This document shows positions 9,669 through 19,635 of a stretch of 54,042 nt of DNA, piece after piece (position 1 is the first letter of the stretch; the number at the start of each line of letters is the position of its first letter). The notes below the pieces were generated by a model that was not told where the DNA came from, did no database searches, and worked only from the letters and a program-made list of their open reading frames with translations. The stretch comes from a virus: the IMG/VR virus record IMGVR_UViG_2757320460_000001, positions 1-54,042 of that record; one strand, given 5' to 3'. The position numbers were made by a program, and so were the translations under genes.

Positions 9669-9878
9669 ATGGAAGATGTGGAATATCTAAAACTTAAATA
9701 TAACTATTATCTTAAGAGAATTAAAAAAGCTGATAGTTATCTTAGAAATTGTAGTAAAGAAAATTATAAAAAGTATTATCCAAAAGCTATAGATCTAATA
9801 AATAAAATAGATTTAATTATAGCAGCACTTAAAAAATTTAATATTGAATTTGATGTAGAAAAGGAATTTGAAATATGA
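9669..9878 (+). CDS. hypothetical protein
   Basis: ATG after GGAGGG. Confidence 0.5.
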   Translation: MEDVEYLKLKYNYYLKRIKKADSYLRNCSKENYKKYYPKAIDLINKIDLIIAALKKFNIEFDVEKEFEI

Positions 9879-10024
9879 AAATAGATTTTAGACAAGTTTA
9901 TATAGATAGATTATTTGAAATAGAAAACCAAATTAGAAAAATGAGAAAAACTAATAATTGGACAGGCTATGGAAAACTAAAAGAAGAAAAGGAAGCTTTA
10001 AGAAAAAAACTAAGGGAGGAATAA
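9875..10024 (+). CDS. hypothetical small protein (49 aa)
   Basis: ATGA start/stop overlap with the previous ORF; MKIDFRQVYIDRLF... Confidence 0.35.
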   Translation: MKIDFRQVYIDRLFEIENQIRKMRKTNNWTGYGKLKEEKEALRKKLREE

Positions 10025-10030
10025 GTTTAT

Positions 10031-10486
10031 ATGGAAGCTAGAATTGAATTAACTAATTATGAAGATGTTGAGCATTATTTGAAGAACTATACTAAATTAA
10101 AAGTTGAGATTCAAAATTTAGAATTAGATATAGAAGAAATTAAAAATTCAATAGAAGGTGTTAAAGCAGTAGGTTATGAAGAAAGAACTGGAGCTACTAA
10201 TAAATTTAATTCTTCAGTAGAAAATGAAATTATTAATAAGGAAAGAAAAATTGAATTTCTAACAAGAATAAAAAGAAGTAAGCAAAATCAATATCAAAAG
10301 ATTACTAACATATTATCTATTTTAAAAGAAGATGAATATAAAATAATAGAACTAAGATATTTTAAAGAGTTATCATTTAAAGAAATGTCAGTTAGATTAA
10401 ATTCAAATGATGTTTACTTAATTAATAAGAGAAAGAAAATAATAAATGAAAAGCTGATACCTATGTTTGTAAACTATAAATTATAA
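10031..10486 (+). CDS. late-gene transcriptional activator (sigma-70 region-4 / ArpU-like)
   Basis: C-terminal ...YKIIELRYFKELSFKEMSVRLNSNDVYLINKRKKI... HTH; position just upstream of the packaging genes. Confidence 0.5.
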   Translation: MEARIELTNYEDVEHYLKNYTKLKVEIQNLELDIEEIKNSIEGVKAVGYEERTGATNKFNSSVENEIINKERKIEFLTRIKRSKQNQYQKITNILSILKEDEYKIIELRYFKELSFKEMSVRLNSNDVYLINKRKKIINEKLIPMFVNYKL

Positions 10487-10569
10487 ATATAAGTTTAAAC
10501 TTATAAATTACTTAGTTTTTACTTATTGTTTTAGTTAGTTTGAAAGGTTTATTATAGTATCATAGAAAC

Positions 10570-10612
10570 AAAGCACTTAGGAATTAATTAAAAGTTCCAG
10601 GTGCTTTTTTAT
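10570..10612 (+). terminator. rho-independent terminator
   Basis: AAAGCAC...GTGCTTT stem followed by a T-run. Confidence 0.65.
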
Positions 10613-10799
10613 TTTGTGCGAAAGGAGCTATTAAAATGATTAAAACAGTTTGTGAAACTATTTATTATAAGAAACCTAAGGAAAAAGTTTAGATTAATTA
10701 AGCAGCTAAAATCTAAAGGTGAGATTACTGACTGTAACGGCTTTTTAATAGTTCAATATTATAAAGGAATTAGAGTTTTATAGGGAAGGAGGTGAGAAT

Positions 10800-11198
10800 A
10801 TGGGAATAAGCAATAAAGGTGGTAGACCATTAAAGTTTAAAAGTCCAGAAGAATTACAAAATAAAATTGATGCTTATTATGAATGGGCTAAAGAAAATAA
10901 GAAACATATTACTATAACGGGCTTAGCTTGGTTTTTGGATACGAATAGGCAAACATTGCTTAGGTATGAAGAAGATGATAGCGAACTGTTAAAGAGTGTT
11001 AGTGAAGATGTGAGACAAGCATTTCGTGACACGGTAAAAAGGGCCAAAGCTAGAATAGAAATGGAATATGAAGAAAGCTTATATAATAAGAATAGTGCTG
11101 TTGGAGCTATATTTACTCTTAAAAATAACTATAATTATGTAGATAAGCAGGAAGTTGCACAGAAAGTAGAGAACATTGAGGTTAAATTAGGTGATTAA
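10800..11198 (+). CDS. terminase small subunit
   Basis: MGISNKGGRPLKFKSPEELQNKIDAYYEW...ITITGLAWFLD pattern typical of phage TerS. Confidence 0.8.
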   Translation: MGISNKGGRPLKFKSPEELQNKIDAYYEWAKENKKHITITGLAWFLDTNRQTLLRYEEDDSELLKSVSEDVRQAFRDTVKRAKARIEMEYEESLYNKNSAVGAIFTLKNNYNYVDKQEVAQKVENIEVKLGD

Positions 11199-11314
11199 TA
11201 AGTTTATATTGGTGTTTGTTTAGAGTATATTTTAAACAAATACTAATTTAACTCTAAAAAAATGTTTGTTTGAAATTTAAAAAAGAAAAAATAAACAAAT
11301 GTTTGCAAAAGTTA

Positions 11315-11343
11315 TTGACTTCAAATAAACACTTTAATATAAT
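11315..11343 (+). promoter_or_regulatory. sigma-A-type promoter upstream of the resolvase
   Basis: TTGACT, 17 nt, TATAAT. Confidence 0.5.
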
Positions 11344-11479
11344 TAATATAGAAGGTGGTTCCAATGAGGGGGGTAGCATTCTAATTGAGATTTGAGTTTT
11401 GGTTCCCAGTTCTCAAAAATTTTTTACCTAATATCTAGCTCAAAACCACTTTACTAATTTATTAATTGAGGTGTTTTAA

Positions 11480-12040
11480 ATGAATATAGCATATGTAAGA
11501 GTAAGTACAGTAGAACAAAATGAAGGAAGACAATTAGAAGGATTAAAACCTTATGGAATAGACAAATGGTTTACAGAAAAGATATCAGCTAAAGATACTA
11601 ATAGACCTGAGTTGCAAGCAATGTTAGATTTTGCTAGAGAAGGAGATACAATTTATGTTTGGGATTTCTCAAGATTAGCTAGAAGTACAAAGGATTTATT
11701 AGAACTTGTTGAAACTATGGCAGCTAAAGGAATTCATTTTAAGAGTATTAAGGAAAATTTAGATACTTCAACTCCTACTGGAAAGTTAATGCTTACAATG
11801 ATAGGAGCTATAAATGAATTTGAAAGAGCAAACTTACTTGAAAGACAAAGAGAAGGAATTGCTTTAGCAAAAGAGAATGGAGCCTATAAAGGTAGAAAAA
11901 AAATTGATTTCCCTGATGGTTGGGAAGAAACTTATAGTAAGTGGAAACAAAGGGAAATGACAGCTACTAAGGCTATGGAAGTTTTAGGACTTAAAAGAAA
12001 TACGTTTTATAAATTGGTAAAAGAATATGAAGATAAATAA
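11480..12040 (+). CDS. small serine recombinase (resolvase/invertase family)
   Basis: MNIAYVRVSTVEQNEGRQ catalytic-serine N-terminus; C-terminal HTH; 186 aa. Confidence 0.9.
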   Translation: MNIAYVRVSTVEQNEGRQLEGLKPYGIDKWFTEKISAKDTNRPELQAMLDFAREGDTIYVWDFSRLARSTKDLLELVETMAAKGIHFKSIKENLDTSTPTGKLMLTMIGAINEFERANLLERQREGIALAKENGAYKGRKKIDFPDGWEETYSKWKQREMTATKAMEVLGLKRNTFYKLVKEYEDK

Positions 12041-12098
12041 TAGATGAGAAGGTTTATACCAGTAACGGTGTAGCCTTCTTTTTATTTGGGAGGAAATC

Positions 12099-12821
12099 AT
12101 GGAGTATAAAAAAGAGTATTCAGAAAACTTAATATCAATAATTAATAATTTTGAGTTTACAAAAGAAGAAGAAAAAGTTTTAAATGAATCTCTTTTGAAA
12201 TTGGATGGCCATGATGCCCAAAAGGTATTTAGAGATATGTATATCTTTTATTTAAATGATATGTCTCTTTCAGAAATAGCTAATATTTATGATAGATCTA
12301 CACGAGCTATTCAAAATATTTTTAAAAAGGTTGGATTGAACAGAGATAAATTTGAAGCTCAAAGGATAGCAGCTAAAAAAAGAAATTATACAGAAATAAG
12401 AAAAACTTTTAAAAAGACAATGAAAGAGCGTTTTATAGAAAATCAGTTGTTTGGATCTAAAATTGAAGAATATACAAGGATAGAATTTTCACAAATTTTA
12501 AATTCTATTTTACCTTATGATGTCATTGTTGGAGTTAATGCAGTTATGTCTACTGGAGAATTAGATATTCCTATTATAGTATTTAATGAAAATAGGGTAT
12601 ATAAGTTTGGGGTAGAAGTTGATGGAATTGTATTTCATAAAAATAAAATAAATAAAGATAAAGTGAAAGTAAATAACTTTAAAAAAGGTGGATATAAAGT
12701 GTACAGGCTTTCTACTAAAGCTTATTGTAAAGATGAAAAATTAATTTATGCAGATGAATTAAGAAATAAAATCAATTTTATTTGCCAGCAGATTAAAAGT
12801 GATATAGGGGTAGGATTCTAA
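12099..12821 (+). CDS. HTH + Vsr/DUF559-like (PD-(D/E)xK) endonuclease
   Basis: N-terminal sigma-r4-like HTH (MSLSEIANIYDRSTRAIQNIFKKVGL); C-terminal ...FGVEVDGIVFHKN...GGYKVYRL core. Confidence 0.5.
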   Translation: MEYKKEYSENLISIINNFEFTKEEEKVLNESLLKLDGHDAQKVFRDMYIFYLNDMSLSEIANIYDRSTRAIQNIFKKVGLNRDKFEAQRIAAKKRNYTEIRKTFKKTMKERFIENQLFGSKIEEYTRIEFSQILNSILPYDVIVGVNAVMSTGELDIPIIVFNENRVYKFGVEVDGIVFHKNKINKDKVKVNNFKKGGYKVYRLSTKAYCKDEKLIYADELRNKINFICQQIKSDIGVGF

Positions 12822-12897
12822 TTGTTAATTGATTTAAAAAAAGTATATTTCAATAATTTTTTTTCAAAACAAAGGCCAAAAGAAAGGAGTGGTAAAT

Positions 12898-14151
12898 TTG
12901 AAATTTACTATTTCAAAGAAATGCTTTAATAAATCTTATTTGCCACAACTTGAAAACTATAATATAAGATACAATGTTTATTATGGTGGTGCTGGTTCTG
13001 GTAAATCTCATTTTGTAGTGCAAAAAATGATTTACAAATATCTTAAATATCCAGGGAGAAAAGGATTAGTAGTAAGAAAAGTTTCTAATACTTTAAGAGA
13101 ATCTATTTTTGCTTTATTTAAAAGTGTTCTTGGAGATTGGAAGTTATATGAACAATGTAAAGTTAATAAAACAGATATGACTATTGAGTTACCTAACGGG
13201 AGTTCTTTTATTTTTAAAGGTATTGATGATCCTGAAAAAATTAAATCTATAGCAAATATAGATGATATCATCGTCGAAGAAGCAACTGAAGTAGATGAAT
13301 TTGATTTTGACCAGCTAGATTTAAGACTTAGAAGTCAAAATGGTTTATTACAAGTCCATGTCATGTTCAACCCAGTAAGTAAAGCAAATTGGGTTTATAA
13401 AAGATGGTTTAAAGATGGATATGATAGCAAAGATACTGTTGTACTTCATACAACTTATGAGGATAATCAATTCTTGCCACAAAGTTATGTTGATGCTCTT
13501 TTAAAAATGAAAAAAACTAATCCAGTTTATTTTAGAATTTATGCTTTAGGAGAATTTGCTACTTTAGATAAATTAGTATATACCAATTGGGAAGAAAAAT
13601 ATTTCGATTATAGAGAAATATTGGCCAATAATAAAAATGCTAAAGCTATATTTGGACTAGACTTTGGATATACCAATGACCCTACTGCGTTTGTAGCTTC
13701 AATTATTGATAGTGTAGATAAGATAATTTGGATTTTCGAAGAATTTCAAGAAAAAGGTCTTACTAATAAAGATATAGCAGAAAGAATTATAGATAGAGGT
13801 TTCAGAAAAGAAGTTATAACTTGTGATAGTGCTGAACCAAAATCTATTGATGAGTTAAAACTTAATGGCCTTGATAGAGTGCGACCTGCAATAAAAGGTC
13901 CTGATTCTATCCTTAATGGAATTCAACTTATACAACAATATAAAATTTATGTTCATCCTAGTTGCAAAGAAATAATTGAAGAATTTAAAAATTATACATG
14001 GATTAAAGATAAAAAAACTGGTGAGTACATTAATAAACCTATAGATAAATATAACCATGGACTTGATGCTTTTAGGTATGGAGTTAGTACTGAAGTTAAG
14101 GTATATATTCCAAAAGTAAGATTATTAGATAGAAAAATTTTAGGATTGTAA
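12898..14151 (+). CDS. terminase large subunit
   Basis: Walker A YYGGAGSGKSH; PBSX-type TerL pattern; TTG 12898 lies 8 nt after AAAGGAG (GTG 12889 is the alternative). Confidence 0.9.
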   Translation: MKFTISKKCFNKSYLPQLENYNIRYNVYYGGAGSGKSHFVVQKMIYKYLKYPGRKGLVVRKVSNTLRESIFALFKSVLGDWKLYEQCKVNKTDMTIELPNGSSFIFKGIDDPEKIKSIANIDDIIVEEATEVDEFDFDQLDLRLRSQNGLLQVHVMFNPVSKANWVYKRWFKDGYDSKDTVVLHTTYEDNQFLPQSYVDALLKMKKTNPVYFRIYALGEFATLDKLVYTNWEEKYFDYREILANNKNAKAIFGLDFGYTNDPTAFVASIIDSVDKIIWIFEEFQEKGLTNKDIAERIIDRGFRKEVITCDSAEPKSIDELKLNGLDRVRPAIKGPDSILNGIQLIQQYKIYVHPSCKEIIEEFKNYTWIKDKKTGEYINKPIDKYNHGLDAFRYGVSTEVKVYIPKVRLLDRKILGL

Positions 14152-14166
14152 GAAAGGAGGGGTACT

Positions 14167-15504
14167 TTGGATGAAATTTTATTACAACAAATTATAAATG
14201 ATGAAGTGGAATTAAATTTATCAAATTCAAATCATATGGATTTAGTTAAGAGAAGTCAAGATTTATTCAATAAATTAAAAACTAAATATGAAAAGATGTA
14301 TCAGTATTACCAAGGAAAAACTGATGCAATAGAAAATTATCAATTTATTACTTCAAGAAGTAATAATAAAATAAATCTTAATTATATTAAAAAGTTTGTA
14401 AAAGAAGAAGTTTCATATAGTGTTGGAAAAGAAATTTCTTATGAATCGTAATCAGGGAATAAGGAGTTTATAAAAGATATTAATTACACTATATCTCATT
14501 GGAGATCAAGTCATAATATTGATTTAATGAAATATATGCTTATATTTTCAGAAGTTTATGAACTTTATTATATTGATAAAGACAACAATTTTTCTTCTAA
14601 AATTATAAAGCCAACAGAAGGTTATGCTTTTACAAATGAATTTGATGAAATAATTTTATTTATACATTGTTTTAAATCTGAATTCACTAATAAAGAATTT
14701 ATAGATGTATATTCTAAAAATTCTATGTGGAGATTAAATAATAAATTTGAAATTATAAAAGGGCCAGTAAATCATATTTTCAAAAAGGTTCCTGTAGCTC
14801 ATGGAGTACTTTCATATGAAAGAGAAAATGATACAATTTATTCCGATATCAAGGGCTTACAAGATGCTTTTGAAACAAATTTATCTGATATCTCAAATGA
14901 AATAAGTGATTTTAGAAATGCTTATTTAAAATTCTTAAATTCTCAAGTAGATAAAGAAGATGTTGAGAAGATGAAAGAATTAGGAATCCTTCAATTTAAT
15001 AATCCAGATGGTAATGCTGAATGGCTAATTAAAAATATAAATGATACATTTATTCAAAATACATTAAATACTTTTGAAGATAAGATTTATCAAATTGCTT
15101 GTCATATAAATGCTAATGAAAAGATGCAAAGTAATACTTCTTCTTTAGCATTAAGAGCTAGATTAAATAGTATGGAAAATAAATGTACTCTTAATACTAA
15201 TGCACATAAAGATATTCTTAAATCAAGAATACAATTTTTAAGTATTTATCTAAGAGTTAAAAAAGGAAAAGATTATGATCCAAAGGATATAACTCCTAAA
15301 TATACAGCTAATATTCCTCAGGACGATTTAATGACTGCCCAAATTCTTGCACAAGTTCCAGAAGGAACTATAAGTAAAGAAACTGGAAGAGCTCAATTTA
15401 GTTTTATTCCTAATGCAATAGTTGAAGGAGAAAGAGTAGCTAAAGAACAAAAAGAAGAAATAGATAAACATCCTGATTTACCAGGTGGTGGAGAAGATGA
15501 ATAA
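14167..15504 (+). pseudogene. portal protein (SPP1 gp6-like) interrupted by a single in-frame TAA at 14449..14451
   Basis: ORFs 14167..14451 and 14527..15504 share a frame (offset 360 nt). The 75 nt after the TAA have no further stop. Combined length of 445 codons is typical for portals. Confidence 0.75.
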
Positions 15505-16261
15505 CTTTGAGGATTTTGTTAAAAGCTTATTTGAAAATTCTTATTTTAACCTTGAAGAAATAAATAAGAAAAAAGAAGAAGATAAAAAAGAGCTTTTAAA
15601 TGAAATTGGATGGCTGCTATTAGTATATTACATTGAAAATGGATTTTTGAAAATTCCAAAATCAACTCAAAATAAACTTTCTAATAAATTATCTAAAAAA
15701 ATATTAAATATGTTTTCCAATGAAACAGAGCAGGAAAGAGCTACAGTAACGGAAATATTAGAAAATACGTTACATGAAAGCTCTATTTTTTATGATTTAG
15801 AATTTAAGGTTGAATTAAATAAAGATGCTAAAGTAACTGGAGAGTTAATTAATAAAGATGCACAAAAATTCATTAAAAAGAAGTATAAAGATTCAACTTT
15901 CAGTAAAAGGATTTGGGAAAACAATAATGAAATTTCCAAAGAACTTCAGAATGAAATTGAAAAGTTACTAAAGGGAGAAACTTCAGTAAATGAAATCAAG
16001 AAAAATATTGAAGATAGGTTTGAAACCAGTAAATATAATGCTAAAAGGTTAGTCAATACTGAGGTAGCAAGAGTTCATGATGAAGTTTTCAAGAAATATT
16101 GTAAAGATAATGGAATAGAAGAATTAATTTATAAAGCAACATTTTGCAATACTTGTAAAAAGTGTAGAAGCAATCATAATAAAAGGTTTAAATTAAAAGA
16201 TGCTCCTTCACTTCCAAGACACCCAAATTGCAAGTGTTACTATGAGTATGACTATAAATAA
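15497..16261 (+). CDS. head morphogenesis / minor capsid protein (SPP1 gp7, Mu F-like)
   Basis: ...KRLVNTEVARVHDEV... and C-terminal Cys cluster; position after the portal. Confidence 0.7.
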   Translation: MNNFEDFVKSLFENSYFNLEEINKKKEEDKKELLNEIGWLLLVYYIENGFLKIPKSTQNKLSNKLSKKILNMFSNETEQERATVTEILENTLHESSIFYDLEFKVELNKDAKVTGELINKDAQKFIKKKYKDSTFSKRIWENNNEISKELQNEIEKLLKGETSVNEIKKNIEDRFETSKYNAKRLVNTEVARVHDEVFKKYCKDNGIEELIYKATFCNTCKKCRSNHNKRFKLKDAPSLPRHPNCKCYYEYDYK

Positions 16262-16322
16262 TTTATATACGTAAATAATATACTCGTAAATAGAGATAAA
16301 TCTCAAAAAGGAGTTGTAAATT

Positions 16323-16556
16323 ATGACTGAAATTAAAAATAAAAAAATATATGATTTAGCTAAGTCTTTAAGTGATATTTTAAAAGAAGAATATAATCCG
16401 CATACTCAAATAATTATTAATTCTGAAAACTTTAGAATTACAGAAGATATATCTGGAGTTCCTTTTAATGATAATGGATTTTCAACTGAATTTATACAAA
16501 CAGTTGATGAAGTTGGGGAAATGTTAGATAAAGCAATATCTAATTTGAGGAGGTAG
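16323..16556 (+). CDS. hypothetical protein
   Basis: ORF after AAAGGAG. Confidence 0.5.
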   Translation: MTEIKNKKIYDLAKSLSDILKEEYNPHTQIIINSENFRITEDISGVPFNDNGFSTEFIQTVDEVGEMLDKAISNLRR

Positions 16557-16563
16557 TTGAATA

Positions 16564-16848
16564 ATGAATGAAAAAGAATTTTTAGATTGGTGTAAAAAAG
16601 AAGTATGCAATTATACAAATAAACATTTAGATAAGACAGATAAAAAAGAAATTACAACAGATGATGTATTTATGGTATGGTGCTGTAAAACACTTCAAAA
16701 TAATAAAGCTCTATTAAGTACTACTTTATTTGATGGAATGTATTATGAGTGTACTTATAATGGAGACAAGAAGGAAATGTATGTTGATGCATATAAGAAG
16801 TGGGAAAACTTTGCTGTTAAAAAAAGAAGGTTAGATAATGGACAATAA
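16564..16848 (+). CDS. hypothetical protein
   Basis: ORF after GAGGAGG. Confidence 0.5.
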   Translation: MNEKEFLDWCKKEVCNYTNKHLDKTDKKEITTDDVFMVWCCKTLQNNKALLSTTLFDGMYYECTYNGDKKEMYVDAYKKWENFAVKKRRLDNGQ

Positions 16849-16973
16849 AGATATTATTAAAAGTTTAGAGAAAATACATAATGTTTTATGGTGGATATCT
16901 TTATGGTTAGCATTAAGTTTCTTTATAAGATAAATATTAGTATATTTAATGTAATTGTTAGGAGTGTTGCTAG

Positions 16974-17210
16974 ATGAAGGTTTATGTAATAGAAGGAGAT
17001 GTAACTGAAGATGGTCACAATTATTTTGGACTTATCTTTTCAGTTGTAGATTCAGAAGAAAAGGCTAAGGAGTTAGTAGAAGAATGGAACTCTAAATATA
17101 AAGATGTAAATTTAAATGAAGATTTTAGATTCGATTCCGAAGAACCTTTTAGTTATTCAGAGAAAATATTAAATAAAATCCCAACTGATTTATCAAAGTC
17201 TTGGAAATAA
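16974..17210 (+). CDS. hypothetical protein
   Basis: ORF after AGGAG. Confidence 0.5.
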   Translation: MKVYVIEGDVTEDGHNYFGLIFSVVDSEEKAKELVEEWNSKYKDVNLNEDFRFDSEEPFSYSEKILNKIPTDLSKSWK

Positions 17211-17242
17211 GGCTTTTTTTTGAAAAATAAGGAGGTAAGAAG

Positions 17243-17869
17243 ATGAAAAAATCAGAATTAATGGCGTTATTAAACAACGTTAATGATGAAGATTCTATTG
17301 ATGAAATCTTACAAGGTACAGATTTAGTCAAAGAATTTATTAAAAACGGCTTAACTTTAGAAGCTTTTAAAGGAAAGCTGAAAGAAAAAGAATTTAAAGA
17401 CTTCATTAATGGGGAAGGAGGGAAAGACTTTGAGAAAAGATTGAAAGAATGGAAAAAGAATAACCTTGAAAAAGAATTAGAACCATTTATCCAGGAGAAA
17501 TATCCTGATTTAATTACAGATCCAACTCAAAAGAAAATCTTAGAACTTGAAAAGAAGTTAGCTGATGAACAAAAAGCTAATGCTAGAAAAGATTTAATTA
17601 CAGAAGCTATTAAATATGCTAATGAAAAGAAAATACCTAGCAATTTAGTAGAAAATTTCTTGGGTGAAGATTTAGAAAAAACTAAAGCTAACTTAGATTC
17701 TTTTATCGAAACAATAAATCCGTGGGTTTCAGAACAAGTCGATGAAAGATTGGGGGCAAGTTCGTGGATTCCTGGTGGTAATGGTGGAAATGCTACCAGT
17801 AACTTAGGTTCTGAAGCTGCTAAAAGAAGAAATGAAAAAAGCGAATTAACTAAACCGGAAGGTTGGTAA
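17243..17869 (+). CDS. capsid scaffolding protein (DUF4355-like)
   Basis: Charged coiled-coil composition; position directly upstream of the capsid genes. Confidence 0.6.
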   Translation: MKKSELMALLNNVNDEDSIDEILQGTDLVKEFIKNGLTLEAFKGKLKEKEFKDFINGEGGKDFEKRLKEWKKNNLEKELEPFIQEKYPDLITDPTQKKILELEKKLADEQKANARKDLITEAIKYANEKKIPSNLVENFLGEDLEKTKANLDSFIETINPWVSEQVDERLGASSWIPGGNGGNATSNLGSEAAKRRNEKSELTKPEGW

Positions 17870-17884
17870 AAAGGAGGAATATTA

Positions 17885-18220
17885 ATGTTTATTAATAATA
17901 AAAAGACAATTTATAAAAATGATGTTGAAATTTTAGCAACTGAAAAGAATTTAGTTTCTTTTACTTCAACAATTTCAGATAGTGGAGTTAAAGCTGATCA
18001 AGAAGGATTTAAAATAGTCCCTAAAGGATCACTTGTAGATGCATCTGGAGTTATAAAAAATGATGCTACAGTTGTAGGAATTTTATTAAATTCAGTTGAT
18101 GTTACTAATGGACCTCAACCTGGTGCCGTTATAGTTGAAGGTTATATTTTAAAAGATAGATTACCAGTTGCTCCTGAAGAAGCTGCAATTGGTGCTTTAA
18201 AGAAAATAACATTTAGATAG
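17885..18220 (+). CDS. head-associated structural protein
   Basis: Position between the scaffold and major capsid genes. Confidence 0.4.
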   Translation: MFINNKKTIYKNDVEILATEKNLVSFTSTISDSGVKADQEGFKIVPKGSLVDASGVIKNDATVVGILLNSVDVTNGPQPGAVIVEGYILKDRLPVAPEEAAIGALKKITFR

Positions 18221-18232
18221 GGAGTGATATTA

Positions 18233-19270
18233 ATGGCAAGAATAGATGAATTATTTAATAGTAATACAGTTTTAAATTATTATAAGGATGTTGTAATTCC
18301 ACCAAGAATAGGAGAAATTTTATTTCCACCTAAAAAGATACAAGGAATTAAACTAGACATTATAACAGGAGCAGACGGTTTACCAGTAACGGCATCTGTA
18401 CATGCTTTTGACAGTGCAACTGAATTAGCAAGTAGAGAAGCATTAGAAGCTGGTGGTGCTAAATTAGCATTAATAAAAAGAAAAATAAGAATAGGTGAAG
18501 AAGATATCATAATGATAAATTCACCTAGAACTAAAATGGAACAAGACATGGCAATAGATAAGCTATTTAATGATTCTGAAACAATGGTTGAATCAGTAAA
18601 AACTAGAGCTGAAGCTATGAGAATGGAGCTTTTAACTACTGGAGAAATAAATATAAATGAAAATGGATTAGCAATAAAATTAGATTATAAAGTTCCTAGA
18701 ACTAATAAATTAACTTTTGATTGGAGCGATGAAGCTACTGCTAAACCTTTCGATGACATAAAGAAGATGACTAGAGCTATTAAGAAAGCTAGTGGTTTTG
18801 CACCTGATACAATCTTAACATCAGAAGCTATAATTGATAAGATCTGCGCTTGTGTTTCCGTTAGGAAAGCTATATTAGGAATTAATTTTGAATCTATATT
18901 AGACATAGATACATTAAATGCAAAAATGAAGGCATTAAGATTACCTAAGTTACAAGTTTACGGAGATAACGATTCTTATAGAGTACAACTGAAAAATGGT
19001 AAATATGAATCGAAACAATTTATTCCAGACAATGTAATGTCATTCTTTAAAATTGGCCAATTAGGTGAATCTATCTACGGATTAACTGCGGAAGAAATAG
19101 AATTAATAGGATCTAACCAAATAGATGAAGCTAAAATGGTAGGTAATATCTTCGTAGGCGTTGAAAAAACAACTGATCCAGTAGCTAGATATACTAAGGC
19201 TGCTACTACATTTTTACCAACACTTAAAAGTGGGGCTTCTTTAGGAATTGCAACTGTAACTCTTTCATAA
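18233..19270 (+). CDS. major capsid protein
   Basis: Size and position; MARIDELFNSNTVLNYYKD... resembles the gpE-like capsid family; ATG after AGGGAG. Confidence 0.75.
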   Translation: MARIDELFNSNTVLNYYKDVVIPPRIGEILFPPKKIQGIKLDIITGADGLPVTASVHAFDSATELASREALEAGGAKLALIKRKIRIGEEDIIMINSPRTKMEQDMAIDKLFNDSETMVESVKTRAEAMRMELLTTGEININENGLAIKLDYKVPRTNKLTFDWSDEATAKPFDDIKKMTRAIKKASGFAPDTILTSEAIIDKICACVSVRKAILGINFESILDIDTLNAKMKALRLPKLQVYGDNDSYRVQLKNGKYESKQFIPDNVMSFFKIGQLGESIYGLTAEEIELIGSNQIDEAKMVGNIFVGVEKTTDPVARYTKAATTFLPTLKSGASLGIATVTLS

Positions 19271-19296
19271 ATCTATTTTCAATTTGAGGTGATTAT

Positions 19297-19635
19297 ATGA
19301 ATGAAATTATCCAAGATTTATTAATAGATCTCCCAAAGGCTCCAATTAGTAAGTTAGAACTTTTAATTAAAAGAGCTATAAATCAAATTAATAATTATCT
19401 AAATAAAAACTTTAGTGAAAGTGATTCTATTAAAAATTTTAAATATGCTATAGAACAAATAGTACTAGATACGTATTTGTATCATCAATCTAAACAATAT
19501 AAAGATGGAATTGTAAGGATAACAGAAGGTGAAAGAAGTGTTGAATATAAAAGTACTTCTTCTACAGGAAGAGTTATTTTTACAGATGAAGTTAAAGCTA
19601 TGCTACCAACTCCTTATGTTAGGTTAATGGGATAA
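19297..19635 (+). CDS. head-tail connector protein
   Basis: Position and size; gp6-like connector pattern. Confidence 0.55.
   Translation: MNEIIQDLLIDLPKAPISKLELLIKRAINQINNYLNKNFSESDSIKNFKYAIEQIVLDTYLYHQSKQYKDGIVRITEGERSVEYKSTSSTGRVIFTDEVKAMLPTPYVRLMG

Noticed and set aside
11480-12040. The serine recombinase as the prophage integrase.
   Set aside because: At 186 aa it is resolvase/invertase-sized and lacks the large C-terminal domain of serine integrases. The partition and rep genes argue for plasmid maintenance instead.
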